Assembly: GCA_020891255.1 (NCBI GenBank)
Contig: BQFW01000010.1
Span: 1,550,001 to 1,614,000 of the forward strand
From: Entomortierella parvispora E1425
Lineage: Eukaryota > Fungi > Mortierellomycota
Direction of reading: 5' to 3'
Length of the DNA: 64,000 bases
In this document: piece after piece, positions 49,121-61,500 of the stretch
Numbering within the stretch: the stretch's first letter is position 1
Layout of the letters: each line of letters starts with the position of its first letter
Translations under genes and position numbers: made by a program
Notes under the pieces: generated by a model
Seen by the model: only the letters and a program-made list of their open reading frames with translations
Told to the model about the DNA's origin: nothing
The model's database searches: none

Positions 49121-52100
49121 ATGGCCCCCAAATCAAAACGACGCGCCTCCAACGCAAGTGGGAAGCGCCACTCGAAATCCACAAGCGATGTTGGACTCTC
49201 AAAAGCGGCGGCAGAGACTGATCCCGCCCACAAACTCAGTGCACCGTTGGGGCCCATCGTCACCGTACCCCCTCCACCAAAAGACATAACCGACTCTGCA
49301 AACATGTCCGACACCGCCGACTCTTCACCCACCTCCGCAGACTCTACCTCATCCGCCTCCTCTACGGAAACGACGCAGTCAAGCGGATCAGGCAGGATAG
49401 AAAGTGCGTCCTCGGAAACATCGGGGAACGCAGCCTCCAGCAGACAGAGCAGTGGTAGGAAACTCAGTTCCCCCATTCATCTCATTCGCACTGGAAATAG
49501 GCTTTTTCGTTTTCCACATAGATTGATCTTGATAGATCTCACTTTTTTTTTATAACCAACCGGCTCCATCTCTTTCTCCCGTTCATAGAGCTCAAGAGGT
49601 CCGCCAGTCAAAAAAAGAACCAAAAGCGGCGAGAGGCCGCCAAGAAGAAGCTCGCAGAGTCGGCAGAATCAACACCTTTAATGGAATCAGTAGCTATTTT
49701 GCCGCAAGTGAAAGAGGAGAAAAAGGAGGTTGCTGAGGATAAAGAGCTTCCCCTAGAACAGGTGGCGGAAGAATTGACAAAAGGAAAAGCAGAAACAACA
49801 ACAGCAGCAGCAAGCAAGAATGACAATGTGGAGACGATGGCTCCCGAAGCTCTTTCAATGGCCGCCGCCATCGTCACCGACAATGTCGATGACAAAGCAG
49901 CCCAGACCTCCGCCTCAATAGCACGTCTGCAAACTCCGGAAACAAAACATCCAGAGACCAGTTCGCTCCAGGCAACGGTCATCTCCCCAATCAACTTTTC
50001 CCTCTCTCTGACGGAACAGCCCTATCCCACGCTTGACCACTCCATATGGGCAGAGTCCAGCAAGACCCCCTCATCAACCGGAGCAGCCCTTCCACCAACA
50101 GAAAACTCGATCGCCGACGCCAGTATAGGAGAAGAGCGTAGGAATGCCCTAGAGATACATGACCCTGTTTGGGATGTTCCTCTCGGCATTTTGGTAAAAG
50201 ACTTTGACAAGACGGAATCCCAGCTGCAACAACAAGCGGATATCAACACTGTACAGGATGTTCATCAGAGTCAAGACCACATGCCAGGGATGCAACCCAG
50301 ACGACAACCACGACCTCAGCATCCAGATGACAATACTCCGCTAGAGACTCAACCCTACCTTTCGCTCGCCGACAACTATCTCCAGAACCGTCGAGTGATC
50401 TCGAGCGAGTCGGTTGCCAACCTACATTCTTGGGACGTGGCAAGCGAGACTGTGGTGATGGTCGCAATCCAATGCCTGACCAAGGATAAAGATATGGAGT
50501 TGTCTTATGTGGCGATCCTGTCAGCCATCAATGTCCTGAATAGCAAAAAAGAGCACGAGCAAGTCCAGTGCGATGATGGGGTCGAAAACGAGCAAGTCAA
50601 AGTGGAAAACAGGAACAGGGTAGGGGCCATGTATTCTCAGCTTGTCCGGATCATGACAGCCCCTGTCATGAGCGAGAGCTTGACCAAGGAGATTGAAAGG
50701 CAGGGTGCCATGACAGCCGATGCTCTCTACTTGCAACTATACCAAGCCATTGTCGGCGCAGGGTTCCCTCTGAGAGTAAGGTGCTTTAATCATGTTGTTT
50801 ACTAAACAAGGTTGGCATACCTTCTAACAGAGATGATTCTTTGGCAACAATAGGATGACGATCATGTCCAGGTCGCTCAGTTCCTGTTTGATCGCCAGCG
50901 TATGGAGGAGGCATTGGCATGCCTCCAGACGATCGATGAGTGGTACGGAGCCGTTTTCCGTACCGCCATCTCCTGCCATCTCTTTTCGAAACCGCGCCAT
51001 CTACACGAGGCAGAGGTTCTCCTCGACAGATACCTTGGTTATACCGGCCAGACATCCGGTGTCGGGGTCAAAGACAAGGCCAACTCTGTATCTGCAAATA
51101 GAGGAGAAGAAGAGCGGCGCGTTGACAAAGCCATGGTCAAGAAGTGGTTCAAGTTACAATTGGATGCTTCCAAATGGGAAGAAATCCGTCTCCAATACGA
51201 GCGTAGTCGGGCCAGACTGGTTGAAGCTCCATCCAACATCGAGCGGTTCTCTGCCTCAGCCGCCTTACCACAAGAAGAACCGGCCCAGCCTTCCTCATGT
51301 GCATCATCGGTGCATGAATTGGTGGGATGTACCAGCAATGGTCCGATGCCACGGAGGGGATCAACGGCGTCCTCAATGACCACTGCTAGTGTGAAACCTG
51401 GATCCATTTCCGAACAACAGCAGCCTTCACCCGCTGTCGTTTTGAATGCCCCCGAGGCCGTGACTCCAACAAAGGCCAAACGATCATCGTTCTCCTTTTT
51501 TTCTAAAAACCCAGCAAAGGCCACAGGAAGAAGAACCAGCGCACCTGCTTTGACTGTTGGCACCAGCTCTATTCAAGCGAACCGGCACCTCACTATCCTG
51601 GACAACGGAATGTTGGAGGAGTGTGTAAACCACAAGCAGTTCGAGTATGGTTGGCGAACAGTTTATGAACGGATGGGTCCTGCTCTGGAGGACAAGGACA
51701 CGGCCAAAATTGCCATGCGGCTCTGCAAGCGCGCCTTTCTGGGACATGGTGGACTTGGACCCAATCTGCCTGGATCCCCCAACCTTTTGGCCAGAGACAT
51801 GTATTTCACAGAGGACGACCACTACCAAGGAAAGGATATTTCCGATTATTCAATGGAGGAAGGAAAGGAGGGGCAAGATGATGGCAACGAGGAGGAGAAG
51901 ATGAAGGAAAGAGCTATCGAGACGATTGAGGAGCGAATTGCAAAGTTGGAACAGAATCGAAAGTCGCGTCAGGACCCCGAGATCTGGGAAGCCAGGGCTT
52001 GGGTCATTTACAACAAATCCACGATGAATCCCGCCTTGTTTCTCTTCAACGCCACCCCAACCACATCTCCAACAGCTGCCTCACAACCGCTGTCATCACA

Positions 52101-53940
52101 GCAGCAGCAGCAGCCGAGCAACGTGTCTGCCACGACGACATCGGTGATTTCTAGTGCCGCTGTCGGCGGTAGCGCTCTTGGAATGAAGATCCTACCGGCA
52201 AGCAGTACAGGCACTACGTCTTTGACAGTTTTCTTGCACAACATCCTGACGATTGCCATTAATTCACCAGAGCAATCGTCACGGTATATGAAGGCTTTCC
52301 GGATCTATAGTGCCATGCGAAGCGAGTCAACTGGACAATTCCAGGCTCAGCTCCGAGACCCATTCGTGATGACCTGCATGGTCAAGATCATCTATGATAC
52401 TGTCCTGGCAGTCGTCCGATCCCAGTCAAGGCAGTATCAGCATCAGAGCTTGGCCTTGCCATCCTCGCAGCACCAACGAGAAGAATCGCAAACCCTCCCG
52501 CAACAGGGTCCAATGTCCATTGGTCCACTGTTGGATATGGTCTTTGAAATCTTTGCAGACATGAGGAACACGGGGCCGATCCGCATCCTGCCCCAACTCT
52601 GTGCTTTGGCGCCTTTAACCCCTGGAGTCAAGACACCAAGGACGCCAACATCATCCGCAGCAACGTCAGTAGGAGGTCCTGGTGGTATGTCATCGACTCC
52701 CAAAACAAACGATGGCATGTCCATGTTCTTCCAGTTGTCATACAGATCCAGAACAGTGTCGACGCTCTCTGCGACCACGGTTGATCTTTCTGCATGCGGC
52801 CAGGACACTTCCAAAGAAGGAGAAGGGACAGGCCATCCATGCATTTTGCAAGACCTCAACCCGGCTCTTTCCCAGCCTGTTGGCCAAGCGCGCCGACTAC
52901 CGAATGAGATTTACCTTGCTCTGCTCCACCTCTGCATCCAGGTCCCATGTCCATATTACTCAACTTCGAAATCATCGACTGCAGCAACAATGGCGACAGT
53001 ATCCACACAGACAGCTCCAGCAAAGTCGGAAAAACCCAAGGAAACCACGGGCCCCACTGTAGACCATGTCGCGAATGCACAAGCGACGGCCTTCCAAGTT
53101 GTCAAGACCGTGATTGCAGACATGATGACCACAAAGGCAGGACAACAACCTGCCAATCTGGACCGTCATTTGGCTGTCGCATTGCAGTACTATCACGACC
53201 ATTGTTTGCCTTTGACGGCGTCTTGCCGTCGCCCTGCTCCACCGCCCAAAGCTTCCATGGAGACGATTGCGTTGGACACCAGTGGTGTCCATGGAGAGTC
53301 AAAAGTAGAGGAACGTCAGAAGCAAGAGTGTCCGTTCCATGGGTGGATGTATCAGACGGAAGAAGAGGTCAGAAACCACGGTGTGCGTTCAGCCTCTTCC
53401 TCCTCCTCTTCCTCGTTTGCAAGTTCTTCGACCAGCGACCTCCATGTTGCTCATGGACCGTTACCGGTAGCGGCCTTTGGAGAACAGACGATCAGCTCAT
53501 CCTCGCACCTGACCGAGGAAGAGAATTCACATTATGGAATCTCAAAACATGATGCGGACTTGGACGAACTGGATCTTTACCTCAGTGAAGCTGCAGCAGC
53601 TACGGCAGCAGCGGCAGCAGCAGCTGTTGCGGCTGCAAAAGCAAAGCGGGCACGAAGCAAGATGGATGTGGAGCACCAAGACATGTCGGATCTTCAGCAG
53701 TGGCCTACCGCCTGTACTGCCACTGCCACTCTCGATCAAGATGATACCACAGTGAATGCAAAAATCGCGGAGGCTCTCAGCGGGAACTGGATGGATGGGT
53801 TGGACCATGATACCTGCAATGATCGGTTCTACTGGGATCTCTGGGCGCGTGAGAGCCCGTTGCTGCAACGCGTTCAGTTCTCGAGACGACGGGCTCGCAT
53901 GCTGTGGCGACATTTCGCGAACCTTGAAATCTCCGAGTAG
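49121..53940 (+). CDS. Large (~1,535 aa) hypothetical protein with basic and low-complexity regions and helical-repeat-like segments; join(49121..49454,49589..50775,50854..53940)
   Basis: Both GT-AG introns restore the frame. Amphipathic helical blocks ('AQFLFDRQRMEEALACLQTI', 'YMKAFRIYSAMR') suggest TPR/PPR-like structure. No family assigned. Confidence 0.75.
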
Positions 53941-54227
53941 TTTTTTTTTCTCCTTTCACGCTCAGAGTCCCTTCCTTCCCATTTTTTTTATCTTTGAATC
54001 CTTATCAAAGAGCCTCTACAGAAAAAACAAGAAAACGGACAAAAAATGATAGCCAGATCACAATATCGCGACATTGCAACTATAGTATATATGAAAACTC
54101 GCAATATCGTCAAAATAGCAGCTGAATAAATACATGCTTTAATACAAAAACTTGAAACTCTTCAGAAAACATCGCCCGTGTTCTATCTACCCAGAATGAC
54201 AAGAGGACCTCTACCGTTGTGCTTCTT

Positions 54228-56711
54228 CTAAATGTCCTGGTTGCCCTCTACCACGTTGGCCTGGACCCAGTCTCCAGCAATAGGTCCAAGGAGATGATCT
54301 GGCACCCCGAAAGCACTCACTAACGCATCCACATTCTCATGGACACGATGGATCGCAGCCCCGACCAGGTCCCGAATACGCTCCTGAACGGATTCGTCGA
54401 TATAACGTCTTCGGACCATGTTGGGATCCATATCCAACTTCCAGAGCCCATGCAATTGACGGACCAAAGTCAAGGGCGAAACAGAAGACGAAGACAGGGA
54501 CTCCTTTTCTATACGGACAAGCTCCTGAAGAATAAAGTGCTCCACCACAGCACGTGCAAACTCCTGCGAAAGAGCCGAGTGCTGATCAAGGATGCTGTCC
54601 AAGCTCTGCTTCTTGTCTGTCTGCTGGGATCGAGTGATCTCCACAGCGGCGGCGAGGCGTTGACTGGCAGCGTAGGCATGGTGCTGGAAAAGCTCCAATT
54701 GGAACTCGGAAGAGAGCAAGGTCGCGTCCGAGAAAGTTTGGTTTTGGAACCGGGCCTTGTTGAAGGTGGCGAGAGCGGGGATCTTTTTGGGAGTAAAGTC
54801 CGAGATGGATCCCTTGGCCACGGTAATCAGCATGACTTGGTTGTCACCTATAGATGGTCAACAGGACATGAAACGAAAGAGCGTGAGTCCATGGGCCAAA
54901 TTTGAACGTAATAATGGCCATTATTTCGAAGGAAAAAAAAAACTCACCTTCGTAAGTAGCCATGACATCGCAATCAGCCTTCATGTGTCCAATGCGGTTC
55001 GACGACTTCAATCCTTGACCTCCACAAGCCTCTCGGGTTGCCTGCAAGGTATCCAACAAATGCCAAGTATGCAGGGACTTCAGTCCTGACGAGATCACAT
55101 GGAACTGCTTGATCTGTTTCAAGTCCTTGTCCTCGACATCCCTCATGCGCATGATGGCCCTGGCGGCGAAATGCTGAGCATACGTGGTCGCTAGGAGAGG
55201 GTAAAGACGTCGCTGGTGCAGATTATAATCCATAATCAAAGTCTCTTGCTCGCCAGGGTGGCGAGCTCCAAATTGACGACGAGTCTGTCCATAGCGGATC
55301 GCGATCGTCAAGGCCGTCTTGGCCAAGTTTGCCGATGAGATTGACAAGCCCACACGACCTTCCGAAAGGTTGACAAGTTGTCCTCCGAATCTTTGGTCCT
55401 TGGATTGGAACATGCTCTCGTATTCACCATTCTCGTTCACGCCACCGTACTTGTCCAGGCACATGTTGCGAGGGACCTTGACGTGATCAAACCAGAGACG
55501 ACCATTGTCCATGCCATTGAGCCCGGATTTGGCGCCGCAGTTGCGGATGGTCACACCAGGGCAAGGTTCACGTGTCTTGAGATCACGGATGGGGACCAGG
55601 AAGGCGTGGATGCCTTGATGTTGCCATTGGTCCTTGTTGGACGGATCCGGCACATACAGCTGAGCCCAAACGACGCTCATGAATGCAGTTTCGGCGGCAG
55701 CACCGATCCAGTACTAGAAAAATTTGGAAAAAATGAAAGATGAGTCGGATGTCAGCAACTTGCAGAAATCATGTTCAAACTGGAGAGTCGGGAGTGTACC
55801 TTCTGGGCAGTAATATTGGGCGTGTTGATGATGTAGCATCCCTGCTTGGTATCCCAGTGAGCCTCTGTTTCAATTCCTCGAGGGTTGCTTCCGTGACCAA
55901 GCTCTATTCGGTGAAAGTCCCAAAGGGAAGCCGAATGTCAGCAAGATAAAGCTTATTCGAAAGCTTCATACCTCTCAAGGAGTCCGGTTCAGCCATTTTA
56001 CCTGTCAGAGCAAAGCATCCAGGAATCTCAAAAGTATCTGCGGGAGGCAGCCACTTTGCCTTGAGTTCGTCCGAACCAAGTTCACGGATCGATCCCACAT
56101 ACAAACCATAGTGGGCACCGCCCATGGTCGAGAGCGAATTGTCATAGTATGACATGGCATCCGAGATCGCAAGAAACTTTTTGTGGTTCTTGAACCTGTT
56201 TGTAAGAAGTGGAGCATCTATTAGCAACTCTTCTCTCCCTCAAGAGCACAATACAGCAAATAAGCAGGCAGAGAGGGCTTTACTTTGGTTCATCCCACTT
56301 TGGACGGAATCCAATCCTGGCAAGATGGCGGGTACGCTGCTGGTTGAGACGGACAGCTTCCTCCTTTGTGATGTTGTTCTTGTATTCGAATAGAGGGTCC
56401 TTCAATTGGTCAAACATCTAAGAGTGTACCCACGGATGTGCCACCAATCCGGTCAATATATTTTTTTTCTTTCCTGCAAGCCCGTTTTCCTCGCAAGCCG
56501 TTTGACTAAACAGTGGATATTGGTCAAAGTGACTTACCCAGTTGCGCCAGGTTTGGTCCTCACCATCGAGTAGGACCGAGAGCGTGTCGCGGTTGATCTG
56601 AACAGGAGGCAAGCTGGTCTCGAGAGCCGAACTGACAGGATCTGCAGAGGAGGAGGCCAAGTGGGCAGAGACCGTAGCCAGGCGGAGTTGCGCGCTGGAA
56701 GAGGCGGTCAT
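54228..56711 (-). CDS. Peroxisomal acyl-CoA oxidase with an N-terminal PTS2; multi-exon
   Basis: 'IPGCFALT', 'NCGAKSGLNGMDNGRLWFDHVKVPR', 'RRQFG', 'REACGGQG' and 'TYEG|DN' (catalytic Glu). 'RLATVSAHL' at residues 10-18. Confidence 0.93.
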
Positions 56712-57239
56712 GATAGCGTTGCTTTGTTAGTGTATTCGAACTTGAACAGGAGGTGAGAGGAGAGTGAGGAAGGGTGAAAGAGAGAAGGAATGACTGAGAT
56801 GAGAAAGTAGAAAAGAAAAGGAAGTCATGGAATAGAGAATGAAGGGAGATGTACCCTTCATCATTCCCGCTTGCCTCGGCTGCTCATTGAACCTTGCAGT
56901 AAGGCCCTGGGCGAAAGACGGTCGGTTCGGATGTGGGGACAGTTGCAAATAAATGTGAGCCAGCCAATGATCATTTTTTGCTCGGCCAGTTTATTCTTTC
57001 TCAAACAACAATAACGGCTGGACAGCGCGTCGCGACCGCGTCGAGGCAAGGCCCCCCAAGTCAGCCGGAGGGGTGGTTTATGCGGAGCCGCATCCTCTTG
57101 AGTTTGTCCGTAAAGGTGGATGGTTGCTCCATGCTGCCGCTGATAGAAGGCAGAGCACAATGAGGCCGAGTTACTCTCGGCCCAGAAGAGTGAGGTGTTG
57201 GTGCCTAAGAGGTCCCTGGACAAGTGGTAAAGCATCTGG

Positions 57240-57672
57240 GTATACGGCCTTTCTCTTCAGGTCCGCTCTGCACTCGCTGACTTGGTGATCCTCTGTCTTT
57301 CTGGGATAGGTTCCTCAGTCGCAGAGAGCAGGGTCGAGATCTGGAATTGCAACAAGTACGCCTCCTGCAACAATGCCGTCCATGCCCCTTCCTGAATCTA
57401 GAATGGTTTATCCACAGTATGAGCAAGATTTCTTTCAATTCGCTGCCACCATTAAAAATCAAAAGTTGTTTTCAAGTCTTTACAATGGCCTCGGAGCCCT
57501 GGGCAGCGCCTGGCGCAGTGGACATCCTGTGGGCGGCAAGTTGTCCTTGGATCTTGTGGAGCTTCATCCTGAGATCATCCAAAGCGCGGCATGAATCAGC
57601 AGCGCGTTGCAGAATGAGCTGGTTATCCGGCAGGGTCTGTGTCTGCACTTGGGCGGGAGCGCTGTCGGTCAT
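57240..57672 (-). CDS. Small hypothetical helical protein; exon structure uncertain
   Basis: ATG at 57672 follows a pyrimidine-rich leader. 'LQRAADSCRALDDLRMKLHKIQGQL' is followed by a probable intron and 'IQEGAWTALLQEAYLLQFQISTLL'. The 3' end is unresolved. Confidence 0.45.
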
Positions 57673-58578
57673 GGTCTAGAGGAGCGCGTGTTGGAAGCGG
57701 GATGGTGCAACAAGTTGATGGATGTAATGAGTGAAAAAACGAAAAAATATGTACTGAGGGCGATGTATCACGTGACGAGAACAAGCTCTGTGGGTGTACT
57801 TATTTGCCCAGGATAATCTACAGTCACTGTTTTGAAAATATTGAACACCTGTGAATCATTTCACAGCGTTGAGTGAATGCATCCTTTGTTGCACCCCGTT
57901 TGGTTTATCTGAGTGAAGGGGGGCCCCTTGTCAATATCCAGCTGGGAGCAACCCTCATACACGATACCGGTGGCGCTGGCGCAGCGTATGTCTGCTGTTT
58001 TCTGTCTGGCCAACATGCCCTCAAAGAAAACGATACCTGGTTGTGGAAACGGGCCAGCGGGGTGTGGTCCACTTTCACTGATGACTACGCGGATATCAAC
58101 ATCCATCATCATCCATCATCGTACCCCACCTTGGCTATTATTTTGCCTCTTTTTTTTTCCCTTTCTCATTCCTACTCTCTCTTCGACGTGTACTCTTGAT
58201 ACACCCTTCCAACGCATCCGCATCCACAAGCATCCACGCTCCTTCTCCCAAGACTCTCCCCTCACGTATCTCCCTACAAAGATATTGTCTCGACGCCGTG
58301 CAAAGGTAGGCTTTACTCGCGCTGTTTGCCTGCTTTAATCCGGTGTAAGGGAGCAATACACTCACACGGTTTCTGTCATAGCACCTCTCCGCCATCTCGC
58401 TGCCCCCCCCCTCGACCCTTTGAAAAAGTCTACTCCAAGCTACCACCCTCGTTTGCTGCCAACACCAGGTACTTTGAAGCAAGACCCTTTGACGTTGTTC
58501 ATATCAAGGGTTCAAGAATCTAACCAGAAAAGCCTTTTTTTTTTTTTTTTTTTAATACCACAGCGTCGCTCTTCTAAA

Positions 58579-61500
58579 ATGGGTGGCCCTGGCCTTTTGG
58601 CGGTCGTTGGTACAGCAAAGGAGCTCCCCAAAGTCGATCTGCCAGACTGCAAGATCCTCGTCGATGTCGGATCATTTTACCCATTTCTCGTTCGCTCGGT
58701 CTACAACAGCAAGATGGGAAAGCCAGAAGAATTCGCCGCCATTTGGATCCTGAACAAGTTCAATGTTCCCAATGTCGAGTTCTTTATCGACGGCCATGGC
58801 AACAAAGAGAAGCATGCAACAAGCATGGCGCGACGTGACAACCAGGCCGATCTAGACAGTGCGGAATCCATTGTTAAAGAGATGGAGGATAGAGCTGCCG
58901 TCGGAAAGAGTACCAACAAGACCGACTACAGGACCTGCACAAAGCTATTAAGGTCTTGCACATCCCTCACCTACGACTTTAAGGACAAGCTTAGCAAGCA
59001 GATGGCATCACAATTAGCGGATCGTTTCATGAATGACTATCAGCTTGGACGGACTTTTGAACAATCTCCGCGCCATGTGCAGGCGAGACGACGCATCAAA
59101 CATGAGGTTAACGTTGGTTTAGAAACTCTGAACGATCACCAGCTGAAGCAGCATTTCGATACCGCCGCCCAGAAGTACGTCAAGCTGGTCGACGGTGAGG
59201 CCGACCTCGCAATTGTTCGTCGAGCCAAGGAGCTGGTTATCGCAAAGACAAAGTTTGTTGTAGTCGGCAACGACTGTGACTACGCCATCCATCCGTCGAT
59301 TCCGATCCTTCTGCGGCCCTCTGGCAAGAAGTATATCCAGTACAATGTCGATGAACTTTTGGCAAAGTCGGAGCGGACACCACGGGCTCAGTTCACAGTG
59401 CTGGGCTGTGTGTCCAAAACGGACTATAATGCGAACCTTGCTGGGTTTGGTATTGTCACCAATTCGCGTATCATCAAGTCTTGCTCAAAAGGTAAGTAGC
59501 CAAGGCTATTTTTTTGTTCTACCAAACATCAAGCTAGAGATCACATCAAGCAAAATAACTAATCACTCTCCGTGCAACCTTCTGTTAGACATCATTGTGG
59601 ACGGCATTCCTGTGAAGGACGCTGCGCTCAAGATCTTGGACAATTACTACGAACACAAGGATGTCAAGGAGGCCATTGAAAAAATCGATCCCTCGGATGT
59701 CGAGATGAAGGAAAACCAACGAGCGTCTTCCAAGAGGATATTCATCGATGGCGTAGAGACTCCACTCAGTGACGACGTAAAGCTCACAAGAGCAAACTTG
59801 GAGAATCAGACGCGAGACAAAGTCATCGACCTGAAGAAGCGCATGCTTGCGGCCGGCAAGATTCGCCGCCAGGTACTCAAAAGCCGAAAGGAAAAGTCGA
59901 CACAGCAGTAAGTCATCATGTCAGAACAAATACAGACAGAGCCACGATTGAAAACTTCATCTTGCTGACACTTCTTTTTACATTGACACCTTTGATCGCA
60001 AATAGAACAAGCGTAGAAAAGTACAAGAGAAAGAGGTACAACCGCTTCAAGACTGTTCAGTGCCCGCGCCTCGACGACCCGTCACACCCAGGCTATTCTC
60101 CCAGGCCGGATGACAGTGCGACACCCGATCCAGCACGTCAAGAGCGTCAAGCACGTCAACATCTCCATCGCCAAAGTGTCAATGCACGCCGATTGATACG
60201 CGATGACAACATGGCCATTCGTGCTGGGCGCTGCAAGGCCGAGTACAAGAGCAAAGGATTTCAAAAGATGCCTTCCAAACAGTTTGCCATCAAAGTTCAC
60301 TGTGTCGGAGGCGCAGGCACGCAGGTCAATGCGACCTTGGGGGATCCGCCAAAGGATCTGGAATTCAAGCCATTCAAGCCATTCGATCCAGACTATGGCA
60401 AAAAAAACAAAGACCCCAAGAACCCCGAGGCAAGGACCAAGCCCGAGACCAAGCCCAAGCAGAGCCAAAAGAAGACAACAAGAAAGTCTGGGCAGACTCC
60501 AAAGGCTCCAAAGGCACCCAAGCCGGCCACTCCACCCAGCAACCGCGCCTTGAGAAAATCGTTCTTTCTCAAAAGTCTGACTGGTCGTCACGCATGCAAA
60601 ACACTGAACATGGGCCAGCTGGGAAGCAATATTGACAAGGCGATCAGCGCATCGTGGTTGGCTGAGCACTCAAACAAAACAAAGTACAACACCTTAAGGA
60701 AGTTGACCCAAAACGACGTCAGACTGGCAGTTGTCAAGACCATGCGGCGCATTGCACGGGTCGCCAACGAGCTGCTGCGCCATGGGCAGGATGCCGTTGG
60801 GTTGTACATCACCGACACCAAGGATTTGCGGCCCTTGAAGGAAGCTTTGTTTCTGCCAAAGAAATTGAGGGACGCCGCTGAAGCTGCCAAAGCCGCGGCC
60901 AGTACTGCTCGCACTGCTGCCGAAGCTGATCCTACCAACACTGATGCCGCCACTGCTTTGGCAGCCGCCGACGCTGCCGCCGCTACTGCGATTGCCAATG
61001 CCGACGTCGATAGCATTATCAACAATGCAGGCAAGAAGAGGCTGGCGAATATCGAAAAGAAAAAGGGCTCGCGTCGTCGCAGGGGCAGCAAGACGAAAGG
61101 TGCTGACACTCCCGGGTCCGGTCCAACCGGTATGGACGTTGACGCACTTGCTGTTGGTCTTTCCGATATGGATATTGACACGTCTAGCCTTGGCCCCATG
61201 GACATGGACATTGACTCGCCTGCTCCCGCTCCTGTCTCGAGTCCCAAGGAGGACATGGACTCTGATGATGAAGTCAACGTGGATGATGAGGAGGAGGAAC
61301 TCGAGGAGGACGACGATGCACCTGACGAAGACAACACTGGGGACGGTGACGACGACGAGGGAGACATTGAGGATGAATCGGGAATGAAGGGGGACAATGG
61401 TGGCTTCATGGTGTCTCTGCTCAGGTATTTTCGACACCAATTTGAAATTGGTCAGGGAAACACCAACCGCCACCTCATTGAAGATATTCGCTCGTTATAC

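Noticed and set aside
10246-56711. PEX22, CAB2, cysteine synthase and acyl-CoA oxidase as a CoA/peroxisome gene cluster
   Set aside because: They are spread over ~46 kb among unrelated genes; no evidence of co-regulation, and chance is sufficient.
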